A stretch of 64,000 nucleotides of DNA from Octopus bimaculoides (taxonomy: Eukaryota), in assembly GCF_001194135.2 (NCBI RefSeq), contig NC_068982.1, positions 50,823,756 through 50,887,755 on the forward strand, given 5' to 3'. The notes under the pieces were generated by a model. That model had not been told where the DNA came from. It worked only from the letters and a program-made list of their open reading frames with translations, and did no database searches. Made by a program: the position numbers and the translations under genes. The number at the start of each line of letters is the position of its first letter. The first letter of the stretch is position 1. This document shows positions 53,383 to 64,000 of this stretch, piece after piece.

Positions 53383-53653
53383 TCATTTAGTGCAACTTAC
53401 ACTTAAAATTGCGCGTCAAATAACCAGAATTTAGAATTCCATGTTAATTCCAATTTTCACAATTGTTAATTCTAACATTTCTTCAATCTAATAATGTTAC
53501 ATATAAAGGTTATACGACTCTGACGATTTGGCAATAGGCCTTGATTGTGTAATTTACATTATTTAATTAAAAATCACCTTGTGTTAATGAAATGTACGTC
53601 AAATGCTGAAACTGAAAATCTTATAAACAAACTGATGTTTCGTTTTAAATATA

Positions 53654-54200
53654 CGAGAAGCCATGAATTATACGCACACTTGTTTCAGTTCATTCATTAA
53701 AACAAAAGCGGGATTTGAAGAATTAAATCATTTTTCGACAGAGTCACCAGCGGTCCACAAGCTTGTATATTCCATCAGAGAAGGAAGTTTTCGGCTAGTC
53801 ACCCAGCCATTTATACCTCGCTTCCTGCGTTTCTTGATACGTAGCAAATCGAGGACCTCGTAAAGGATTTTTGAACGGTCCAAAAAGGTGAAAGGTCGGA
53901 AGAGGCGAGATATGGACTATTTGCAGGGTGTTTCAGCAACTCGAAACCCAATTTCTCTATGATTTCAACGGTGTGGACAGCTGTATTTAAGTGTGCATGG
54001 TCGTGCAACAATAACACTAGCTTTGGCAATAGATCTTGGCGTTTGGTGCAAATTGCCGGTTTCAGTTTGCTGACCAGCATTTCACTGTAGTCTTCACTGG
54101 TGACTGCAGACTTCATTCCCTGGTAATGTTGCAATATAAGCCATACTTCATCTACGCTACCACGTGTCCGATGTTCAGTGAAGGCGGTGTTGTTCTTTTC
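53654..54200 (-). mobile_element. mariner (DD34D) transposase C-terminal fragment
   Basis: LLLHDHAHLNTA...HPANSPYLASSD with 34-residue spacing, then LFGPFKNPLRG.RF..; TA-CGAG end near 53652. Confidence 0.85.
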
Positions 54201-54702
54201 CGCCCTGCCTTTGACCAGACTAGACATGCTGGTCTGGGCTCCTGCTACGTCCATTAGGACTTACTCTATTTCGTCCTGTGCTACCCAACTAAGTTCATTT
54301 AATAGCTGCAAAGCTCTTTCTGTTGATTTTGTGGTATTTACATAATTTCTTTTTCTTTTGTTGTATATAGCCGTAAGGCTTCGTGTTGCTATATATGCAT
54401 AATTCTTAGTCTGTTGTATTTATATAATGACTTATTTCTTTCTGTTTCAGTATACATTCGCTAGTTTTTACCCGGTAGCATAATAACAGCACTGGCGCCT
54501 CCAGGATTGAGTGCTCTGAATGATAATGGCGCGAATCCACGATGATATTTTGATTCATTAATTGACGAGGAAAACTCAGCTGCCAATATTATGTGTATCG
54601 TGTCTTTGTGTATATTCCCCGACCGTTAAGCTTTCGTCTAGTTTTCCGTTTACTCTGCTTTCGTCTTTTTCTCTTTGTTGTGCTCTATCTGTTCAACTCT
54701 TG

Positions 54703-54737
<35 letters not shown>

Positions 54738-54747
54738 NNNNNNNNNN

Positions 54748-54793
<46 letters not shown>

Positions 54794-54981
54794 ATATTAG
54801 CTAGTTGCAAAATCTCAAGTTTGTCAATCGCCACACCAAAGTGGTTGTTCCATATTACTACTAGTTTAACCCCAGGCAGCTCTTTCGCCAGCTGGTTATC
54901 GATGCGACACTGCATCCTTTATATACAGCATATATTGCTAGAAGGGGGAGAGAGCCCGTACTATCTTCTAGCAGACAACAG

Positions 54982-55023
54982 GACTGACTCAGTTTCAAGC
55001 TGGTTGGCTCATCCTCAGTCGCA
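54982..55023 (-). ncRNA. Hammerhead motif lacking the 3' strand of stem I (left arm)
   Basis: CTGAGGA-T-GAGC/GCTT-GAAA, stem III ACTG/CAGT, GUC; the 7 nt TCACGAT present in the right arm are deleted. Confidence 0.5.
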
Positions 55024-55129
55024 AGCACTTCGTCACCAGAACGATAGCCAGAGTGTGACCGATCGTCGCTTTGTATACAATAATTGCGTGCTGAAGCAAA
55101 CCCTGGCAATCGCTCAGGTAACCAGGTGC

Positions 55130-55178
55130 TCGCGACTGAGGATGAGTCAATCAGCTCGAAACTGAGACAGTCTCACGA
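55130..55178 (+). ncRNA. Type I hammerhead ribozyme motif, best preserved in the window
   Basis: Stem I TCGCGA/TCACGA (one mismatch); CTGAGGA at 55136; stem II GAGT/GCTC; GAAA at 55158; stem III ACTG/CAGT with AGA loop; GUC triplet at 55170-55172. Confidence 0.75.
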
Positions 55179-55936
55179 TCCTGTTGTCTGCTAGAAGATG
55201 GTAGGGGTTCGCTCCCCTGCTAGCAATATATATATTGTATATAAAGGGTGCAGCATCGCACCGATAACCAGCTAGCGGGAGATCTGCCTGGGGTTAAACT
55301 AGTAATAACAAAGAACAGCCATTTTGATGTGGCGATTGACTTTATTTGTTATATATATATATATATATATGTGTCTGTGTGTGTGTCTGTGTGTGTGTGT
55401 GTGCGTCTATGTGTGTGTGTGTGTGAGTGTGTGTGCGTGTGTGTGTGTGTGTGTGTGCGTGTGTGTGTGTGTCTACTAACACACAGACACGCACACACAC
55501 ATAAATATTCATACGCATATAGACGATAACTTTGGTACAGTTTCCTCCAAACAAATTTCACTCACAAGTCTTTCATTGACCCAAACAAGTAAATAGATAC
55601 ATGCTTAAGGTGCCGGAAGAGTGAGATCAAGCTCAGATCTAAGATGGTGTTCAATATACTTCTTAACCACATAGTCACACATTTAATTTCATATTTGTTT
55701 CTATAATCGATGTTCAAGTGAGTTTAGATTATCAGTTGAAGAACGTGTGGGAAAAGAACTATTTCAGTTATGCAATTTAGTCCAGTGTTTCTCATAGGGA
55801 GGTATCCCACCGTCTAATGGAACCTCTGAGGATTGAAAAATGGGCGGACAAATTTCTGTATTTAATAAAACGAACATGTTAAAAAGGTTTTTCTGCTTAA
55901 GCACTTATAAAAACAAAATACAGAAATCGTTTACAA

Positions 55937-56078
55937 CAGGAGTGGCTGTGCGGTAAGTAGCTTTCTTACCAACCACATGGCTCCGGGTTCAGTCCCACTG
56001 CGTGACACCTTGGGCAAGTGTCTTCTACTATAGCCTCGGGCCGACCAAAGCCTTGTGAGTGGATTTGGTAGACGGTAA

Positions 56079-56142
<64 letters not shown>

Positions 56143-56246
56143 GCGTTTGTGTGTCTGTGTTTGTCTCCTCACCATCGCTTGACAACCGATGCTGGTGTGT
56201 TTACGTCCCCGTAACTTAGCGGTTCGGCAAAAGAGACCGATAGAAT
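55937..56246 (+). mobile_element. SINE family A, well preserved, cut by an N gap
   Basis: Close to consensus through the head, the (TA/TATG)n tract and GCGGTTCGGCAAAAGAGACCGATAGAATAAGTAC. Confidence 0.9.
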
Positions 56247-56469
56247 AAGTACTAAGCTTACAAAGANNNNNNNNNNNNNNNNNNNNNNNNNNNNNNNNNN
56301 NNNNNNNNNNNNNNNNNNNNNNNNNNNNNNNNNNNNNNNNNNNNNNNNNNNNNNNNNNNNNNNNNNNNNNNNNNNNNNNNNNNNNNNNNNNNNNNNNNNN
56401 NNNNNNNNNNNNNNNNNNNNNNNNNNNNNNNNNNNNNNNNNNNNNNNNNNNNNNNNNNNNNNNNNNNNN

Positions 56470-56690
56470 ATATTGGTTTCAAACTTCTGGTACAAGGCCG
56501 GCAAGTTCGGAGAGGGGTAAGTCGATTACATCGACCACAGTACTCAACTGGTACTTATTTCGTCGACCCCGAAAGGGATGAAAGGCAAAGTTGGCATCGG
56601 CAGAATTTAAACTCAGCACGTATAGACGGACGAAACGCTGCTTAGCACTCTGTCCGGCGAGCTAGCGGTTCTGCCAGCTTGCAGCCTTTA
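56470..56690 (-). mobile_element. SINE family B
   Basis: Reverse complement of family B; a second partial plus-strand copy follows at ~56715-56815. Confidence 0.8.
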
Positions 56691-56929
56691 ATACATTATT
56701 TTAAGTTTTTTTCCGCCGAGGTCGACTTTGTCTTTCATCCTTTCGGGGTCGATAAAATAAGTAACAGTTGAGCTCTGAGGTTGAGGTAATCAACTTGACC
56801 CCTTCCTGAAATTTGTTCGACTAAACCCCTTGAAGGCCATGCTTCAGTATGGCCGTAATCTAATGACTGAAGCAAGTAAACTATAAAAGAAAAGATAAAG
56901 CATATACATTGGTTTTGTTTGTTTTTCAG

Positions 56930-57092
56930 GTATAGTGGGCCAGTGGTGGGGGTGAGTGCTCGGGAACAATGCAACTCTTATTACTCTTGCTTTTGTTTAG
57001 CCTCATGTCAGCCCTGCGCAGTCATGCCTATAATCAACCAGCCCATCGATAGTTTATCTATAATAGAGCACCTTCCATTCCTTTTTGAAGAT
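56930..57092 (+). CDS. Candidate internal exon of an unidentified plus-strand gene
   Basis: Acceptor ggttttgtttgtttttcag and donor GAT|gtgagt; open frame YSGPVVGVSAREQCNSYYSCFCLASCQPCAVMPIINQPIDSLSIIEHLPFLFED, phase 2 to 0. Confidence 0.6.
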
Positions 57093-57133
57093 GTGAGTGT
57101 GTGATTTGGCGGATATTTAATGAGCTTGTAGAG

Positions 57134-57280
57134 CAGTCATGGTCAAATTGCGGCCCGTGAGATTCCTGATTGGCACGCTTAATGAAAGATGACCTTGGGT
57201 ATTTTCGGAGGTGCAGGCCACCTGATAATGAGCCTTGTCTCATGCGGCCTGCTTCTCACTAAAGTTTGCGCCCATGCCTG
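57134..57280. mobile_element. hAT-type MITE (~147 bp)
   Basis: TIRs CAGTCATGGTCAAA / TTTGCGCCCATGCCTG; related copy at 61841-61985; decayed 8-bp TSD. Confidence 0.7.
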
Positions 57281-58154
57281 GTCGAGAGACACCTCAGTAA
57301 GCTCAGAAGTCTGAACGAGAAGACGTGAGCAAAAACGTTCAGGTATGACCATCCCGTCTGGTTCAACACACTAGTGTATCCTGATTCAGCTGGGATCACC
57401 ATGGCTGCAGCGCAATGAAGGATGTTTAGCTGCTCTTTCTATTAACTCTAGCGACCGTCTATAGTGGCCTTGTGCAAACTGTGGCGGAACGAAAAATTAA
57501 CTTGAATTGTTTTAGTTGTACTGCCCTACTAGTGATGAGTCATGTCTCATGTGTCTCGCTTCTCGAAAAAGGATGCCAGTGGTTAATGTAGAAGCTTCCT
57601 CATCGACTTTTAAGTATCTGTTATAGGATCATCTTAGGATATTTGATGCTGCATTGTGAACACAGAATATCATGAGAGTAACATCGGATGTCAGAAGCAC
57701 CTGACTGTGTCACTGAGAACCAAAACTGTCAGAATGTTAAAGGTACTTTAATGTCTTTGGTACGCTTCAGACGATAATTTTTGTTTTAATAAAGTATCAA
57801 ATTATCATTAGAGTAGCGCTTTAACAGCCAAGTGTAATGATGCGTAACATAGACAAACTTTGAATAGAAAATAAGTAAAATTCAGTCAAAACGCGCAAAT
57901 CACAGCCTACTGTACTATAAAGAAATAAATAAAAACACATTGGATAACTCAATCATATATAATATAACACGATACAGCTGTGTCCCTCCACACAAAAGAG
58001 AGAATGGTTACGGCTGGAACGTATTTGCTCGTAGGTCTGCTTGCTCAGAGATGACCTGGGGTTAAACTAGAATAACAACGACAAGACTTTTTTTTGAATA
58101 CATTAGTGAAGTGGACAATTTTCAAACTTAAAATTGTATGTAAACAAATAATAC

Positions 58155-58755
<601 letters not shown>

Positions 58756-58795
58756 GGTCTAAGCTGAATTTGAAATGTTTTTATTATTTATTTAG

Positions 58796-58942
58796 AGTGT
58801 AATGGTTTATCCAGACGTAATAGTTGACCTCTTATCCTCCCAAATGGGATTTGAAAGAATGAAAGAATGCATGAGAATGTATCTGGAATCAGCATACCAA
58901 GAATTTGATACTAAAGATCTCGGCTTGTTACACATCAATATG
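58796..58942 (+). CDS. Candidate internal exon of the plus-strand gene
   Basis: Acceptor ttttattatttatttag and donor ATG|gtaggt; 49 codons SVMVYPDVIVDLLSSQMGFERMKECMRMYLESAYQEFDTKDLGLLHINM, in phase with the 56930 exon. Confidence 0.65.
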
Positions 58943-59776
58943 GTAGGTTGAGCAATGATTTGCGTCTTTTCTTCATCACATAATTATTATTTGCTAGTCT
59001 TGCTATGCTTAATGCAAACGGAGGACCTCCTTGAGAATTTTTTTCAGCGATTAATTAACTTTTTGAGGGTATTTTATGCAAAGTATCGAAGCAATCATTT
59101 CTTCTGTCTATTACAAATAGCAGCTAAATCTCGCCTTAATTACATCTTTATGTCTTATAAAGGGAAGGAGGCATATTCGTACTGCATACAAAATGGATTC
59201 AAATTGGATACAAATATGGTCTGAATGCGAAATCATCCTAAAAAGAAAAAGAAAATACATTAAGTTGACAATATGTTCGCAGCAACAATATCTTTCTACT
59301 TTGCCTTTCATCCTATCGGGGTCGATTAAATAAGTACCAGCTATGCACTGGGGTCGTTGTAATCGACTTAATCCTTTTGTCTGTCCTTGTTTGTCCCCTC
59401 TATGTTTAGTCCCCTGTGGGAAATATAGAAATAAGTATTTTTGTTCAGTTAGGACTGCCTTGGTGCTTAATGATAATCTGTTACAATAATCTATTATATT
59501 TAACACGTAGAAATTTAGGTTTATGTGGTAGGAAGTTTGCTTTCCAACCATATGATTCCAGATTCAGTCCCACTGCACTGCACCTTTGGCAAATGTTTTC
59601 TACTATGGCCCCTGGCCTACCAAAGCATTGTGAGTGAACTTGGTAAACCAAAACTGAAAGAAGGAATTTAAACCCAAAACGAAATAATTCACCATTACTA
59701 AAAAGTGAACTGGGATGCAGGAGGCAACAAGCATTGACAGAAACAAGAGCCACAGAAAGCATATATTCCATTTAGA

Positions 59777-59901
59777 CTGACAGGTGAGGCAACCGCCTGA
59801 CAGGTGAGGCAACCGCCTGACAGATGAGGCAACCGCCTGACAGGTGAGGCAACCGCCTGACAGGTGAGGCGACCGCTTGACAGGTGAGGCAACTGCCTGA
59901 C
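59777..59901. repeat. 20-bp GC-rich minisatellite, 6 units
   Basis: (CTGACAGGTGAGGCAACCGC)x6 with few substitutions and no spacers. Confidence 0.95.
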
Positions 59902-59970
59902 CGTAAGTGGGGTACATTAGATTAGCATGCTAATTTCGTAAAGAAATTAATACTAATAAGTAACACTTAC

Positions 59971-60039
59971 CCCATTGCAGGCGATGAAACTGAACTTACG
60001 CCCGTCAGTATTTATAGAAAATACCATAGGAATCAATAG
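59971..60039 (-). CDS. Candidate exon of a minus-strand gene
   Basis: Long pyrimidine tract ending ggaatcag; donor GGG|gtaagt; 23 codons LLIPMVFSINTDGRKFSFIACNG. An in-phase upstream candidate lies at 60226-60316. Confidence 0.4.
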
Positions 60040-60524
60040 CTGATTCCGCAAAACAGTAATGAGAAAATTATAAAATAATTAAGGTGGCTAAATGATATAT
60101 ATATATACACAGAGTAAATTCTGGAGGAGACACAGTTTTACGAAGTGAAGATGTGTTGTAATGATCTTTCTTATACAACAAAATATAGTGTTTATCAACG
60201 TCTTGTTAGCCTGGCCGAGGCTCACGCCGTTACGAATATGAATTTGTTTTGTAAGATTCTTGATATAAAATCGTGTTAGTTTATCCACGCTGGCAGTGAC
60301 CGTGTTAGTGCAAATTCTGGAGACAGACACACATATATACATGAGTGTGTGTGTGTACGACGGGGTTCTTCCAGTTTCCGTTCTCCAAATCCATGTACAA
60401 GGCTTGGCTCGGCCTGAAGCTATAGTAGAAGACACTTGCCCAAGGTCTCACGCAATAGGGCTGAACCTGGAACCATGTGGTTGGGAACCTAGCTACACCT
60501 GCTTATATGACAGACATCCACCAC

Positions 60525-60732
60525 ACATTCGCACGCACACACACATACACGCACACACATACACGCACACACATACACGCGCACACATACACGCACACAC
60601 ATACACGCACACACATACACGCACACACATACACGCGCACACATACACGCATACACATACACGCACACACATACACGCGCACACATACACGCACACACAT
60701 ACACGCACACAAATACACGCACACACATACAT
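60525..60732. repeat. 14-bp (ACACACATACACGC)n repeat
   Basis: Directly visible. Confidence 0.9.
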
Positions 60733-61299
60733 ATCAATGATGAAGACTACAACAGGTAGTACCAGCATGCTAAAATATCAGTCAAAATCTTTCATTATTA
60801 ATTAACAATTTTAACCTTTATGGGTTTTTTTACCCATGCTAAGCCAATGATATTATTGTAAACAATAACGCCCTTATATATGTATACACACACACACATA
60901 CATATATANNNNNNNNNNNNNNNNNNNNNNNNNNNNNNNNNNNNNNNNNNNNNNNNNNNNNNNNNNNNNNNNNNNNNNNNNNNNNNNNNNNNNNNNNNNN
61001 NNNNNNNNNNNNNNNNNNNNNNNNNNNNNNNNNNNNNNNNNNNNNNNNNNNNNNNNNNNNNNNNNNNNNNNNNNNNNNNNNNNNNNNNNNNNNNNNNNNN
61101 NNNNNNNNNNNNNNNNNNNNNNNNNNNNNNNNNNNNNNNNNNNNNNNNNNNNNNNNNNNNNNNNNNNCACACACACACTCACACAGACACACACGCATTC
61201 ATCCACACACACGAGGTAGTAACAGAAAATCCCTGGACCATGCCTTAAAAATTTATTACAAGCACGCCAATTAATAATGTATTTAATATATCATTTACA

Positions 61300-61480
61300 T
61301 TCAGGCACCATCCTCTTCGAAATAATCCCTTGGGAACGTTCACAGCAACCCCAGCGCGTTTTCCAAGCCTCAAAAGTACGATGGGAATCCTCTTTCTGAT
61401 GACTGTCCAATGCCGCCAACAATTCTGTTTGACTTCCATATAGCGTCTCATTCTGGCGCCCTTTCAGCTTCAGTTTCATA
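61300..61480 (-). mobile_element. mariner-family transposase extreme C-terminal remnant
   Basis: KLKLKGRQ.ET...ELLAALD....DSHRTFEAWKTRWGCC.RSQG resembles mariner-type C-termini (LKGRRF...W..RW..C...G.Y). Confidence 0.6.
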
Positions 61481-61840
61481 CTGAAAGACTTACCAAAGTC
61501 ACAAGAGGATAGGTCAGACTAACACCGTGGTTGTTGAACAACTACTATTGTATGTATGTGTGTGTGAGTGTGTGTGTATGTGTGTGTGTACATATATGTG
61601 TGTATAAGTGTGTGTGTACGTTTGTGTGTTTGCGTGTGTGCAGAGAAGCAGAGAAAGGAGGAGATTACATGGTACTTGATCAGCACGGTTATTAATTTGG
61701 TCCTTTTCTATTTTATTTATTCCTTTTTGTGTTCCGTATACAACAACACTACTTTGTCATTTCCGTTTCGATTTGTCATCCTTTCTTCCTTTTTACTTTT
61801 ATTTCACTTCTTCAACAGTAAGGCAGATTACATTCTAAAC

Positions 61841-61985
61841 CAGTCATGAGCAAACTGCGGACCACGGGACTTTTGAATGGCACATCAACGAAAAATAACT
61901 TGAATGGTTTTTCGTAGTGCTGCCCGCCTCATGATGAACAATGTCTCATGCGGCCCGCTTCTCGGAAAACGGTAACCCATGCCTG
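61841..61985. mobile_element. hAT-type MITE (~145 bp), second copy
   Basis: CAGTCATGAGCAAACTGCGG ... GTAACCCATGCCTG; flanks TTCTAAAC/CTCCAAAT differ only by transitions. Confidence 0.7.
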
Positions 61986-62789
61986 CTCCAAATAAAAGCT
62001 TAAGTTAGTTGCTGACATCTAAAACTAGAACACTTGTCGTATCCACAGATGCTGTAGGTTCCAGTCCCACGGTTAACCTTCAGATGCTGGTTGTAATTTG
62101 AAAGAAATTTAGCTACTATTTCTGGAAGGTTAAGTAACCGCTTAGAAGTTCCCTCTTTGGTCAGGAACTCTCTCTTATTTACTTTTTATTATACGATATC
62201 ATGGGTATATTAATGTGTGTGCGAACATAAGAAAACCTCTTAGAATCTCCTCACTTTTCCTTTTTATCTCTCTCTATCTCAGTCACGTATTGACTTCCAT
62301 ATTACGACAATTTATAACTTGAACAAACCTCACAATCAGCAATTTAATGCTGTAACCCCAGATTAGCATACGCACTATCACAACAATTATCTAAATAGCA
62401 ATCAGCGATTCACTTTTATAAATATAATGCAATGTCTTTCATCTCATCATTATCTCGGTTTCCATGCAAAATGTATTATAAATTATAACTGCTTTCCCGT
62501 ATATTTTAAGTTATGACATCTTAATTGTTTATAAACAGATGATACAATGTAGAGTATATACAAGAAAGAAGTTAAAAATCTTATCAATAAAATCTGCAGA
62601 AATAAACACGTAGTCAAAACTATGTATGATTTCTATCACAAATATACAATATTACATCAACAGTACGAATAATATACACAATAGACTCAAAAGTTTTGAA
62701 AAACAAAATGAATAGCAATCGGTGAAAAAAGTTTAAATAATCTTAATAATGTAAATCGCCACTAGTCATGAATTGTGTATGTGTACGTT

Positions 62790-63497
<708 letters not shown>

Positions 63498-64000
63498 CAC
63501 AAACACACACACACACACAAACACAGACACGAACACACACACATAAATAAATACACACATATATATATATATATGCATATGTATATATATGTGAGTAAAA
63601 ATAAATACAAAAAAAAGGGTTTTATATGATCGTGTATAGAGGAATATGTAAGGGACGACCGTGCGAACTCATAAAAGGAGAAATGGTGACGAATGGAAAA
63701 ACAGAGGACTCCTTTTATTTAAACGTGTCACACGGTCGAACACACAAAATATATATATATCAAAGATGATATACAAAATATGTTATGCGACGATAACATA
63801 GATGACCAGTAATGAAAGACCACAACCGTATTAGATGAATAACAGAGATATTTATTATGGCGTTAAAGATGTATGTCTGTGTGAGAGTGTGAATGCGACA
63901 TATAACATAATCAAAGACAGGCCGTCGTACAAAGAAAAGTGTGTATGTGAGTGATACATGTGTGTATGAGTGTTTACAGCAAATAGAAAGAGTCAATAAC

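Larger units (their letters stand above)
54823..55340. mobile_element. 518-bp foldback element with a hammerhead motif in each arm
   Basis: GTCAATCGCCACACCAAAGTGGTTGTTC at the left end versus GAACAGCCATTTTGATGTGGCGATTGAC at the right end. Arm similarity continues inward to a central TTGTATACAA palindrome at 55071-55080. Confidence 0.85.

Noticed and set aside
56966-57050. Signal-peptide-like MQLLLLLLLFSLMSALRSHA reading
   Set aside because: It stops after 27 codons, while the alternative frame is open from acceptor to donor.
59777-59901. CRISPR-like array (also considered for 9843-9989)
   Set aside because: Head-to-tail repeats without unique spacers, no cas genes, and a eukaryotic context.

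Overview
AT-rich eukaryotic genomic DNA, most likely from an octopus (inferred from the SINE families and extreme microsatellite density). It is a draft assembly with 15 N-runs, most of them next to microsatellites. Nearly all ORFs in the supplied track are microsatellite or N artefacts. The window is dominated by three tRNA-derived SINE families. It also holds decayed non-LTR retrotransposons (CR1/L2-group x2, L1/Tx1-group, R4/Dong-like RLE), three Penelope-like element (PLE) fragments (one RT, two GIY-YIG), Tc1/mariner fragments and hAT-type MITEs. A few short exons with good splice sites and open frames suggest one plus-strand and one minus-strand host gene, neither identified. The most striking signal is a set of short non-coding hairpin/foldback elements from three unrelated sequence families (13.0, 19.5-20.1 and 54.8-55.3 kb). 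Each carries type I hammerhead ribozyme motifs that can be folded by hand. A fourth, decayed hammerhead core sits just 3' of a PLE endonuclease. A second notable system is an ~550-bp non-coding element and an R4/Dong-like retrotransposon that both occur only inside (AAT)n microsatellites, in the same orientation. All family assignments come from motif recognition by eye; no database search or folding program was run.
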